Shown in pieces: positions 1 through 13,629 of a DNA stretch of 64,000 nt (its first letter is position 1; the number at the start of each line of letters is the position of its first letter). The position numbers and the translations under genes are program-made. Source of the DNA: Ruditapes philippinarum (lineage: Eukaryota); the NCBI RefSeq assembly GCF_026571515.1, contig NW_026852589.1:1-64000 (forward strand), given 5' to 3'. The notes beneath the pieces are model-generated. The model worked only from the letters and a program-made list of their open reading frames with translations. It was not told the origin of the DNA and did no database searches.

Positions 1-2229
1 TTCCTTTTTCACCAGAAAAAATTTTCTTCAAGGTATTAGAAAAGATAGCTAACTTGATAGGAATCTAATTCAAGATAAGCACCCTAAAACAGAATTCAAA
101 CATTTATGCCCACACTTTCCGTAGTATAATCAATCTACAGCATGTACAGATAATATAACACAAAGGAAATGAATATATGGATACGAATAATCCATAAGCT
201 CCACTCTTAAATAGGAGCGAAAGGCACAACCTTAACAATTACATTTGAGCAACAGTATTGATAAAAAAGACTTGAAACGTGATCACGACTAAAAAATAAG
301 TAAGAGAATGGCTAGCAAGAGCAAAATAACCTAAATATAGGTAGTTAAACAACCTATCAAATTCAATAACACAAATTTAAATTAATCCGATTAGAAGTCT
401 AAAAAATAAACCGTTGACCAACGAGATAAGCTGATATAACCATAGGTCAACTTGATTCAAATAAAAACTATATCACTCACAAGAATTAGTCGATTTTAAC
501 AGGTGTATTAAAATACGCTACATTGTATGTTTTCTTGTCTAGGTATTTAACTTTACAGCTCGTTTAAAAGTAGGATACGAAGTTATATGTAATTTTTTTT
601 TAAACAAGCTCTGCAATGTAAATAACTATAGTTATGAACAAGAAAAACGTATTTAGCTGCTAATTCAAATTTGACATCACAGTTTGAATTATTCATATTT
701 TAATATTTGAAACCGGTTACAAAAATTGAAACAAGATAATTTTTATCATTGATATTAAAAAATAAATAAATTTTCAACATAAAATAATTTTTATTTAACT
801 AAGTATTCCAGGATGTAGCAATAAAAATTATATATAAGTATATACATTTCGAATATTAAGTTTATAAAATGTTTGCATATATCCGCATTGCTTGCTTAAA
901 AATACTCACACGTTCATGTACTATTTTATGGTGTTAATCTTTAAGTGTTATATTTTATATTATTTGCTTACACAATTTTTCATTGTTACAGTTGTTAAAA
1001 AGCGTTTGATGAAAAACAAACTGCTTTAATGACGTAGTACATTCTAAGATTACTTTAGAAAAAGAAACTTATTTACTTTGACAATAGAAAGTCTTCATTT
1101 TTCTCTAAAAAAAAAAACGTCCGTTATCTTATGGTATAACTTGTGTTATATGATTTAGTCAAACGTATTACTATTTTATTGTTGTCTATAAGGTCTTTTA
1201 TGTTCATTGATAAATACGTTTTACATTTCTAACATGTACGGAACGAAGAACGGAAACAATTAAAGCACTCTGCATTATCAAGTCTGATATCGGCTATGAT
1301 CTATAATGCATCACATAAATCTTTGTCATTTTAAAGTGCAAGTATTTAATTTTCCTCAACATGATAATAACGAACATGTCTTTGTTTTGAGGCTTTAAAG
1401 ATTGATTTAAGCTTTAACTTTATTTTTTGTGTCTTACTTGGTTAGCATTTTGTGTCTATATCACTAGAGCTTGCATTGACGAAGTACATGTAAAGAAAGA
1501 TCGCAATATTATTGCTTAAACCTCTTTCAATTGACTTAAAATAGCAATTGAAGATTTAGATATAGATGTGAAAGGGAATTTAATTTTTGATTTTTTTACG
1601 TAGATATAACATTAATCCCAATCTTAAATGCATTTAAAACGTGACAGTATATATTGTGTTTAATAAGGAATTTAAAGTGTTTTCATTTAAATTAAAACTA
1701 TTTATAATAATATTTAACTAAGCATGTTACTATAAAAATATTTGTCATTCAATGCGTCCGATGAATTATTTTAGGAAGTAACATTCCATTTAAATTTAAA
1801 AATTATTACGGGAAGTAGAAAACATAATGATATATTTACATCATATCAATTTAAAAATATTATATAATTATCGGGAACTTTTCCCAAGTTTTTATGAAAT
1901 TGGCAAACGTTTGATTACAGTAACAAATTATTTTTCCAATCATTGGAAAATTATTACCTTCTTTGTGGATTTTTGTTTCAAACCTACTTTGCGGATTTTT
2001 GTTTAAAAAATGTAAGTTACCATTTTCGTTCAGAACCCTGAACAAAGCTATCATTAGCATTTTGAATAATTTCCTTTCTCTGCATACAATATATCACTTC
2101 ATTTAATACACTGTTTTAACTTACCTTTGAGTTTAGTAATTGTACAAAACATCAAAATACGATTTTGAAGGTATTGTGTCATGGTAAGTTATAGTTTTAG
2201 TCGTTGATTATTTTATATCCCTGAACATA

Positions 2230-2520
2230 GTGCAATATTTGAGCACATTTAACCCATTTGTCCTAATGACAATCTCTACAAACATCATCCTGTGATAAAC
2301 GTTTTTGCTGTCAATTGATAATTGCTTTGCTACGTGTATAATGAAGTAAATATCACATGTATGGCCCTTTATGGCTCCCCACTGATGCAGTTTCTTATCA
2401 CATGAATGTTTTGTTCAATATTTTTATGTTGTTACTTCAGTTTATGAAGGCTCTAATGAGACAAGCTATTATTGAATCATTTAAGTGTAAAACATTATTT
2501 TGCTTGTGTCATTTGAAAGG
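2230..2520. promoter_or_regulatory. Conserved non-coding element (candidate enhancer)
   Basis: High identity to 24520-24835. GCTGTCAATTGATAATTG, TTTATGG and TTTATGA (TALE/Hox-like sites) are retained. Confidence 0.4.
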
Positions 2521-3361
2521 AAATTGTTGCATTACATGAATTTGTAATTTGCAATTCAAGTTCTTAGCAAATGGCCGGCTACAAATCGCAGCAAAATCGC
2601 ATACAACTATAGGCAATATTTATGTAGAAAACATAATATAACAATTAAGAACCGTGTCAAATGATGAAAACTTATTTCCCCTTTTGCCAGTCTATATAAT
2701 GAGAAAGAATACAATTCGACACTACCTCCTATAATTTTCTCCACGAAAGAAGTCTACATTATGTTGACAAAATGCTTTACCGAATCTTAGTTACAATTTT
2801 AACACAGATGAATAATGCTAGTAAAAGCTTTTAAATTACGAAACATTACCGAGTTATTGCATTCCCTATTGGTTCCTCATTCGCTTTTTACGAGTTTTCA
2901 CTCAAATGATTATTTAATTCAAACAAAATGTCCACGACATAAAAACAACGGTATTATCTCGTTATAAAAAGTTTTGTATTTGGAATTTTTATATTCTTTT
3001 CGTCATAACAAAGTATACATGTACAGACTGGTAATTTGTAACAGCTTTCATAAAGTATTAATTTGTTGCATTCGATGGTTTTTTATTCTTAACTGTGTTA
3101 TACCGTCTAAAGACGCACTGCCGATTTAATGTGACTTTATTTGTATTGCGTATTGTGCTTTGTATTGCGTGTTGTGAATCTTTAGTTTATTACAGTACGT
3201 AACTGGCATTTAATTAAATTGTTCCAGATGATCAAATCAATATATTGAATACTATTAAAGGTGTATTTCTTATTATTTGTATACGCTTCCTGTAAAGTAG
3301 GCATATATGTTTATTTAAAGAGTTTAAATTATTATACTTGTCTTCAATGACCGATGTAAAT

Positions 3362-5113
3362 CACGGTGATAGGGCGATTACCACAACTTTTCCGCGCAAC
3401 GTCAAAATATCTTACTTCTGTCCAAGACACCGTATATTTCTGTCAAACAAAATGGACAGCAAGCCTGTAACCAAGACGAAAACAACAGGTAATTTGCTCA
3501 AAACAATGTAAAATCATCATTTTTTTTTCTTTTTCATCAAATGTGCCATTGAATTTGATACTCATTTATCTTTACTACATGCAAAATGCTTCATTAATTA
3601 AGTCAGGATAGTGAAAACATTTAGGGCATACTGAAAAAAATCTTGCTTTGATTACGAAATATAACGTATTTCTAGTCCATTCAGTTCATATAACTGGTCA
3701 AAATACAATATAAAAATGTATATTATTGTCATATGAACAAGTTACAATACATTAATAACCCGTTTTTCGTATATTTGGTATGATTTTTATGATTCCACGT
3801 GTGTATTTTAAGGCACCGCACAACTTTATCAATCATTAGAATAAGGCACCACATTAATCCTCCTCAAAATCACCGCGTTTTTCTTGTTTTTTAGCACCGT
3901 TTGTTTTTGATAATACTGTTTGCTTTCAGAAAAAGAAGACGTTCAAACCTATGTCGGAGCAAGCCAAAGCAACGTGCGAAATTGGCAAAACTGAAGATAC
4001 TGCAGCAACTAGTGAGCGCCCAACTAAGTCTTCTGATATCAGCAGTACGCCAATGGATCAGCGGCTCCCTGTATTTCACACGATATGCTTAACGCACCAC
4101 ATACGAAAAAGAATATGAAGTCAAACTTTCGCAAAAGATTGTTTTAAAAAAGCACATTGGAGACCATGACTGAAGTGATTATGAAAGTATTGCCCGGGTT
4201 CCTGCAAAAACTACACAATGAAAATTTGTGTTATGATTTTTGCAGTTTTATCAAATAAGTATACAATAAGAAATTCCCATTAACAAATATTTCATTCCTT
4301 TTGTTTCTCGATGTTGTTAGATGGTAAAGTCTGACAAGAACTTCGATCTTTCCATGAGGGGTTTATCAGTTTGAATAAATTCGTAAAGGAAAAGACATCC
4401 TGATCTATATATAGATACCATTGCACTTATCAAACTGGTAGTATTAACACAGATAAGACCTTCAGAAATAATTTTCCATAACATAACGTATGATAACAGC
4501 AATATAACATAACAGCAAGTAAACAATCTTTCATCAAATAAAACATACTTGTAAGAAGATTGTATAATTTAAAAGAAGACGGAGCCAGTATTTATCGGTC
4601 TAACGGAAAAAGAATGCGGTGTTTGAATTCAGTGTTGTACGGTGATCCAATATTCAGGTCAGTAGGCCTTTTTTCAACATATATTCCCTGAAATTTACGA
4701 AAGAAACACACATTTTTGTATGGAACTTGAACTTAGGGTTATTTATAATAAATATACGAGCTCGTTAGGTCATAGAACAAAGACATCGTCGTTATAACTC
4801 ACGTTTTTGTGACAAGAACGAGTCATCTTGAGGTACACACGATCGTTTGTAAACACTATTTTTTTCGAAGTATGTGTTTTTGTGTGAATTGTATTGTGCC
4901 AGATTAAGAATAAATTGTCTCAAAAATTCGATGGAATACTTAAACAATTGGAATAATCTTGCAATGTCCAGCAGTAAGATATTTTGTAGGCTATTACCTG
5001 GAATTTGTTTATCCCGCCATTAATATTTTGTCCAGAAATATACGGTGTCTCGGTCAGAAGGATGATATTTTGACGTTGCACGGAAAAGTTGTGGTAATCG
5101 CCCTATCACCGTG
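3362..5113 (+). mobile_element. Non-autonomous, internally deleted DNA transposon with CAC...GTG ends and a 5-bp TSD (Transib/RAG-like end signature)
   Basis: 81-bp TIRs at 3362-3442 and 5033-5113 with 5 mismatches, starting CACGGTGATAGGGCGATTACCACAAC. TAAAT flanks both sides (3357-3361, 5114-5118). The paralogous site at about 26820 is empty (CCGATG-GGAAT-GTTTAAGAAT). Confidence 0.93.
3452..4657 (+). pseudogene. Decayed, spliced coding remnant of the transposon's protein
   Basis: Putative exon 1 at 3452-3488 (MDSKPVTKTKTT, then G|GTAATT donor). Acceptor TTTCAG at 3929. From 4166 the frame reads MTEVIMKVLPGFLQKLHNENLCYDFCSFIK*VYNKKFPLTNISFLLFLDVVRW*SLTRTS. Near 4540-4657 it reads NILVRRLYNLKEDGASIYRSNGKRMRCLNSVLYGDPIF. 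In-frame stops and frameshifts are present. Confidence 0.6.
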
Positions 5114-8100
5114 TAAATGTTTAAGAATATATTCATGTAATGATTGAATATTTTAATTACGTGATTTACAATATGATAATATTCACAAGTGACATTTAAA
5201 TGATTGCTGCTTAAATGGAATTTATTACATTTCATCAGCTTAAACAACATCGCAAAAACATGCATTTGTAATTTAAGTTGTTTTTATAGCTTTGAATCTA
5301 CTATCATTATTGTTTTTATTTTCCTGGTATCCCCTATTGTTTTAATTGCATTACACGATTTAACTTGCAAAATCTTTCAAATATGAAATCAACACAAATA
5401 TACAACCTAAATGACACTTTGATGTGTCCTTACATCTAACGATGCTAGCGTAATTTCTGTATATTTCTTTTTAACATTACATGTTTAACACTTCTATTTT
5501 TTATTTTTTTTTTACTTTTTCTTTGCAGAAAAAAACTACAGTAAAATAAGAAAAAAAGTTGTAATAAATAATCAAAAATATATTTTTTTAACAAAAAAAA
5601 AATGCAAATGTAAAAAGCTTCTTTTAAATCATTAGAAAATCAAGAGAAATTTTTGTATTGCTAAAAAAAGCAATCAAATTTAAGAGCTGGCAGGAAAGAA
5701 TTATTATTAGTATAGCAGAGATAATTTAATGACACGAAATCTAAAGGGTAAACACATTGATTCGTTACACTTAGTTGCAAAAGATCGTCTAACTTGCTTT
5801 CAAAAACGTTATTTTTTTAAAATATTGGCGACATTTCTTTATGTCTACAAAATTGTTGTTTATTAGATCTAACAGAGGTAATTTCTAAAGATTTTACATG
5901 AACTTTTGTTGATTGTTTCCAACAACGAAACTATTGCAGAATGACGAAACTGTGCGCAACTGTTAGCTGTCTTGTGTGAAGGTCAGGTGTCTGTAATCAA
6001 CAGCGATTCCTTCTCAAGCGAAAGGTAAATTGACGGTGAGGTACAGTGAAGGCCCTTAGAAAGTCTTCTGTAGATATAATTTATTAAATGACATTCACAA
6101 GAGCTTGATAATGATCTTGTCATCGCTTTCTCAGCATTAACAATATCAAACTGTTAATGTTTTGTAAGTAGCATAACCTTTAAAGCATATATATTAACAC
6201 ATGTCCTTAGCCTCAAAATGTGCCCGCTGTAGACAGAAGTCATTTAATATACATGTACATATTCCATACATTTAAATCTTCTCCTGTGAAACTACTTATT
6301 TCGTATCATTCAGATAAGTTTGTATTTTTAATTTTTTTAATTGAACAAAAATTTGCGCAAATTATCCGAGGGTGCGTTTCTATTCAATTTAATCAGATCG
6401 ACAATTATTTTGATTTGTCCTTCTCATCGCTTTGGCAAATTAAGGACTTCAAGAAACTAACTAAATCAAATTTTATTTAGTATGTCTGGAAACGTTGTAT
6501 TTAAACTATTTGTCCGTTAAAACACTCCCCGGCAACTGGGCTATATAATTTTTCTTTAGATTTCATCATTGCATACATTAAACAGTTTATCTTACATAAT
6601 TGATTTTAATTTACAAAAATGTACATACCTTCCCCATCATGAAATATTAGGTGTTTTCAAAGATGAGACTTAAAATGAAATAAAATTAGGTTTTAGTTTG
6701 TTAGTTTATTCCTTTAAATGTTTTACCGCTAATGCAGAGATTTTGTTTACTTTTTTGGTACTTTCATTTATTCAATCCAAGATGTCCTTGCAGACTTGAT
6801 ACAAGTTTTACTGATCAAATATTAAAATTCCTCCCTATGGTTTTCTGACATCCCAGTTAATCCATTTTTAAATTGTTAATGCAACATGTCCCGACTAAAT
6901 ACAATTTATCAAGGATAATTTTACAGGATGAAGAAACAACTCGTAAAATGTCCACTTTGATGCCCTTATCATTACATAGGTTAACAATATAGGCAAATAT
7001 ATATTATCCATTAATTAATATAACGTGGATCGAAACACAATGCTATCTGATTTGTACGAGGGGGCAAAGCGTGTATGTTTTAAGATTAAGCAAATGACAA
7101 CATAAATACGCTCATATTTCACAATGCTTAAGTACTTGTGTTCTGTTTGATATTTTGACAATATAATAGTCAAATATTTTAACAGTCATCGACTATAAAT
7201 ATTTCACTGTACATTTTATATGTTTACCATTTTTCCTAGGAATGGTCATTCAACAATTTCTACAACAATTAATTATATTAACTGTAGTATTCTGAAGCAC
7301 AATTTAATTATATACAATGCATGGCTTGCTAAACATGTCTCTTATTGAACATGGACGGAAAATAAGTTCAACAGTATTTAAACATTCTCGTGTGAAACTA
7401 AAAGTGTTGTATGCAGTTACTTCTAATTTATCATTAAAATATTTCAGGAATCTATCTATGCGTGCTTCTTTGTTTACAAGCTTGGCATTTCGTCTTATTT
7501 AATTTGATATTCCACAGAGTTTTAATAATTGTAGAAATGTAGCATATAATTCAATTTACCCACCAATATATTTATTTAATTAAATTGCTCTGGCACTCGA
7601 TAGGTTAACCTGATACGGGATTTCAGAAAAAAGCAAAAGATAATTTCGTTAAGTGTACCTAGCAACTGTTAAACCTCTTTTTATTAACATATTACTGAAA
7701 AAGGTGTAGGAATTTTTGAAGTTTCTTTTGTATTTGTTTCCATTTCAACCAAATGACACATTTCAAAGCAGGTTACATTGTTCGTCAAATCCAACATGAT
7801 AAGCTGAACCCAAAGCATGTACTTAATTTGATAAGCCTAAACAACATCCAGTAAATGTTGTATATTTCAAATTGACGATTTACTCTATATCTAGTTAAAC
7901 AAAATGTAACTTAACGTTGGAAACCTTTGCTAGTCTAAGATAATATATCCAATCTAACACTTTAATTGTGTTTACAAAAAAGCTACATGGACTTTTGAAG
8001 AAATAACAATGTACAAATATTTAGGTCTGATAGAATAATTGATTCCTATAAGTCATTGTAAACAGCGTTCATTGCGATTTCATCAACGCTTTGCTTAATT

Positions 8101-11045
8101 AGTTTTCAGTCGAATTATTTCTAAAAATAAATCCGTTTTGTGTACTTTATACGTTAGTACGCCGAACACTTAAAGTACTTCATGTACGAAAAGGTTTGTT
8201 GAAAGTACATCGAACCGTTTTATATCGAATCAACCTCAATTTACTAAACAATTTGGATTTCAGAGGGAAAAACAGCTATGTTAAATGATGCGAATATTCT
8301 TAAGCAATCTAACTTCTCAGTTATTTCTCACTGACAAACACATTTAAATATGTTTCATTTATTGTTGTTAATGGTTACAGTTTAATGGTTTTATTAATTG
8401 TTTTCTTACGTTTTTTTTTCATTTTTGTTAACTGTTGATTGCTTATTATTTTCATACTAAGTCTATATGTAAGTTATGTAAGTATATGATTCTACAAGAT
8501 AGTTGTCTAAAGAGGATTTGTTTGTAACAACTATGAAAGATAGCAACTGTTTTGTGTTTTGGTTGTTGTTTCTTTTTCTAACTGTCCGTGACATAAAAAA
8601 AACGTCACCGGTAAAAAACCGTTTCTATGCGACATCTGTTACAACGGTATAAAGTGACATTTCTGTATATCATTTCTTCTGTACCAGATGAAAAGGAAGA
8701 AAGTGTCTTCGTTCAACTTGTTTCAAGCTTAAATTGTCTCAATATTCAAATACATACGTCTGTCTGATCAAGATTGACGCAATTTCAAACACATATATTT
8801 CATATATAATGCTTGTTTAAAGACAATTTACATTCTTTGATGATTGATTTCCTAACTCTGTAACATATTTTTAAACAATGCCAGCATTTTAAATGATACA
8901 GTTATAAGTTATTGTCGAACATTGGAAAATGTTATCGCTGACAATTTAATATATTTAATAACTTTTCTAAGATTTTAAATCAATGTCACTTATCAATGTA
9001 TATGTTAGAGAAAAGAACTTTAGAACGATTATGACGAGATACCGATAAATCAGTCAATCTTTTGAAATATTTTGTCATAATTTCAGTTCAACTTGACAAT
9101 AAAATGGAGCAAAATGTTTGTTTAAATTTTTTTCTAGACTACAATATATTGGGAAAAACAATAATAAACTCAAATATTGTCTACATTTTGCATACAATTT
9201 ATTGAATTGTAGTATTTTTTTTTGTAAATTAAGTATTTTTGAAAGCGGAAAAAATCAGTCCGCTAAATATTGTCAACATTTTATGCACAGTATAAAGACG
9301 TTGAAGCATTGCTTATAACTAGACCTCTTTCGAAAGAAAAAGGTTTATATGTTACCAGACTGTATTTAATTGGATTTAAGGGACAAATTGCATGTTAAAA
9401 GCACCTGCAATGTTACGATAAACTTAATACTTCCTAGGTGTAAAAATGTCATTTTATTTGATTTGATAACCCAATAAAACATGCTTCGCAATATGCTTCT
9501 CTAAACGAAAATACATGCAATTGTCTTGTAAGATTATTTTGCTTTTAAATTAGTAAAGTCTTGAACACACATATAGTTTATTTTCCATTTTCGTTGCTCA
9601 ATTATTTCTTTGTAAAGCTACCTTGAAAACAAAATAGGTGCTGAGAGGTAAGATTATTTTATCGTTTTATATAGTTGACTGTCTCTCTCTGATATAAGTA
9701 CACACAAGTGACACAAGTTTAGCAGTCTTGCCGATCGTGTCTGTTGTTTACCAACAAACCTCTTATTTCTTCTGTCATATAAGTTTTGGATTATTGCATA
9801 AATGAAGCAGATAAATAAATGAAATATGTATTTTATCTAATAAATTAATTGTTTTCCGTTCACGGTTGTCATGAAAATGGGTACCCAAAATTGTAACAGG
9901 ATTGTCGATTATATCAACCAATAAATAAATGTTAGGATATTTTTGATAAAGTTACAACAAATGTTTTACTGATTAATGACTTGCATACCATTTGTTTTTC
10001 TGAGTATTATCAAATGACATTTTTTTCATATATCAATATTTCTGTTAATTTTTTTCTATGTGTGAAATGTGATATATTTTTAACTTTAGAATTGATGTCA
10101 AGTAGGTGATTTGATGTGTTGATATATTGATTCTAGCTCTTTGTTCATAAATTTCAATGACATAATCGTTAACATATCTCCAACCAAATAAAAACAAGGT
10201 TAAACCTTTATTACCACATCTAATAAACATAAGTACATTTTTGTTAAATGGCAAATAACGTGCCTATGTGTTGGGTGATATTACAATGAAATGTGTTATG
10301 CCGAATTGAACACAGTTTGTTCATTGATTTCAGGAATTAAACAGACTGTGTTCAGTAATGCGACCAATCTTATTTCTTAGTGACAAATAAATTTAAATGT
10401 TAACATTTAGGTGAATGATTATGATATGAAAACTTAAATGCTGCCTTCTTAAAAACAATATAACTTTTAACTTATTTGATTATATAACAATATTTATGTG
10501 TCATGTAAACGTTTGTTTAGAAATTTACATCACAAATTGGATTATCTCAATCATTACTTCTATGGTGAGTATGAAGATTCCATTCTATGTTTTTATTCAG
10601 GTAACTTCGAAAATCAAGAGAGTCTTTATATTCAACATTTTTTTTAATTAATTTCAATTAATAAATGAATAATCTTTAGACAACGACATACTTGTTCATT
10701 TCAAAGTAGGGAAATTTTAAAGACATCCATCAAAAAGTTGAATGTAGTAAACTCAAATGAAGCGCATTATAGCTCCAGTTAAAAATATAAACATTTTTAA
10801 ACAAAAATGAAAGACCTCAATGTTTGTTTATGTCACGAGCAACTCAGAAGCAGCTCCCTATTTCATAAAAAAATGACGAAAATGGATTCCAAAATCGAAA
10901 TATATATACCTTATATATTCAAAGATTTTATTTAAATACATAACCACCACATATCAACGACTTTCTACATTTTCATTGCCACACATGTCATTGACATTAC
11001 TTTAGACTGAAATTTATTCTGTATTCTGATATGTTATCCATTAGC

Positions 11046-11340
11046 ATTTCCTTCACGCCTTGATGTGTAATGTTCACTATTTTAGAAAGGACTTTACTTT
11101 AACCAGCCGCAATCATACATAGTGTTTCCATATTTAAAACACACACATGTTGCATTTACAGTCGTTGAGCAGAATACTTTATATGAATTTGCAACAATAA
11201 TCAATATGCTTCATGACCTAGTCTTGTGCAATTAACTTCACCTTAATCTCTCTGTCAAACCGGCTGTCTTGACAACTTACCAGAAGGTCATTATGTCCTA
11301 AATGAATCGTCAAGATTGTCTGATTAATACTTACTATATA
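11046..11340. promoter_or_regulatory. Conserved non-coding element (candidate enhancer)
   Basis: High identity to 39896-40180. An 8-nt indel (GACAACTT) argues against coding across that point. TGACCT, AGGTCA and CTGTCA motifs are kept in both copies. Confidence 0.45.
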
Positions 11341-13493
11341 AGAATGCAAGTGGAAATGGCATTATTTTTCTTTCGTGTACTCAACTATATTCAACAAAAA
11401 TGCAAGACAATTTGTATTTATTAATAAATGATGTCTAAATCAGTACTGAGTTTTTGTTCATTAGAATTCGGATTAATTTATCTTTTACATATATGTAACT
11501 GCTTGTTTATTGTTGTTTTTTTTCCAATTGATCAAAACACTAAAAATGAAAATGTGTATCCCTGTTTATAGGATAAAGAGTGTTAAAGAAAACAAATCGA
11601 TACCACCTTCTTTTATGGTCTCAGCGAACAAAAATTAAGAGTTTAAATTATCACGCGAATTCATCTTTTTCTAAGTCATTAATTTTGAATCGTATGAATA
11701 CTGAGGCTGAAGGTATTTTAAATTAAAATGCAGTATATTCCCTTATGGATTTCTCATTTGCGTTTCACGTTTACACGTATGATAGTTCAATTTAGACACT
11801 TATCATACAAATTAAGGTTTTATTGAACGACAGGCGATGAAAAAGTGTTATTTTTCAGGACAAATAGAATTATATTTAAGATATTTATGAGCCCGCATTA
11901 GTGTTAACCACATGAAATTGTTACTTGTAAACGTTTAAATTAAGAAAGCAATACCTTGACACGATGATTTTAATGTACGATAGTGCTTAAATATGTAAAG
12001 AAAACAGTTTCAATTTAACATTATCGAGAGTTTAGTATAACTACATCACATTGAATCAAGTGTTTAACTGGCAAAAATTGAACAAATTAATAAGCCTCAA
12101 AAGATTTTAAAATACTTGTTGGCATATTAACTTCATTATATGTTTAAGAGAATAACACAGAGAAATACAGTACAAAATTATAGATTAATTTTTTAATCGA
12201 TGTCTTTTTTTCATGAACCAAATAATCAGCTTATTAAAACATATTCAACTGTACTAGAACGAATTAAAATTTATTTCAAGATATCCTTGTAAAGTAAACG
12301 AATGTAAAAACATTACAGTTATTTCTGAAATTAACAAAATAAGGAAATAGAAAGGCTATAGATGTTTTTTAAACAGGGAAGAAAAACTACTCTGGTACAA
12401 TACGATTTTACCTACAATTAGCATGTCATATATATAAAAAGGAGAACAGAAGTCTTTTGATAAACTTAAAGAAATATATGTATCTTACTAAAAATGCATG
12501 TGTCTTCAACATTGCTCTCACAACAATTTCTGGATAGGATATTCATAGGCATTATAAGCTGTCTGCCTAATCCCAAAATTTACTTTGTAAATTTTATCAT
12601 AATTATGTACAAATGTATTTATTTTGAAGAAATATATCCAAACCGACAAAACCTATGGAAAACAATATGGGAAAAGGGTGATCCATCGGAAGTAATAATC
12701 ACATCAAAATTACCTGACAATTTAAGACTCGATTTCATTGTGTCTGTTCACGAGGGACAATGACAAAATGAAAAAAGGCAACATCACTCACGTCCCTAGC
12801 ACTGGCATAAGCGGTACTCAATTTTCAACGCATAAAATTACTGCAATTGATGATCCCAAAGGACCATAAAAATAAAAACACTGACGTGAAATGCGGAGCA
12901 ACTTTTTACAGCTGCATCATATCACTTCGTTCCTGCTGCTGTGAAGTAAAACAATCTGGAAAATTGTTATCCCTTCAAAGTATTAAAACAGACTAGGTTT
13001 CATTGAGATTGTACACAAGGGACAATGCAAAAACAGCAACATCCCTCAGGCCCACTAGCACATAGTTCGTATTTATAAATATCAGTTCATTTTAGTCTGA
13101 TGCAAGTTGCTACCAGGGGCTTTAAATATTTATTTGTAATCTTTTTCTCTAAAACGGTAATACCTTAAGCGTCGATGTTGTGTAAGAAGCATTACCTTTT
13201 AGTCCTTAAAAACAGTTGTATATCAACAAATGTCCTTAGCGTCAAAATTGACACTTAGGCGAAGTTGTTTTGTCGAAACATTTTACACATTTAAATCTTC
13301 TCGTGTCAGTCGACTTTTTCAAGTAGATTATCTTATTTGTAACATTTTTTCGAAGAGTTGTAAATGAAAGTAAAACGCAGAAAAAAAGACTTAGTTCAAG
13401 TCATAAATAATTAATTCATTAAGATTTGAAATTCGCGCTGGATTTTTTTTGTTGATATTTCCCTGTCACAGAGCTACGTACATGTTTTCTGTC

Positions 13494-13629
13494 NNNNNNN
13501 NNNNNNNNNNNNNNNNNNNNNNNNNNNNNNNNNNNNNNNNNNNNNNNNNNNNNNNNNNNNNNNNNNNNNNNNNNNNNNNNNNNNNNNNNNNNNNNNNNNN
13601 NNNNNNNNNNNNNNNNNNNNNNNNNNNNN
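13494..13629. other. Assembly gap (136 N)
   Basis: Run of N characters. Confidence 1.

Noticed and set aside
12494-12763. ORF 12494-12763(+) and its paralogous ORF 40649-40900(-)
   Set aside because: The two copies are open on opposite strands and differ by indels, and no protein family is recognisable.
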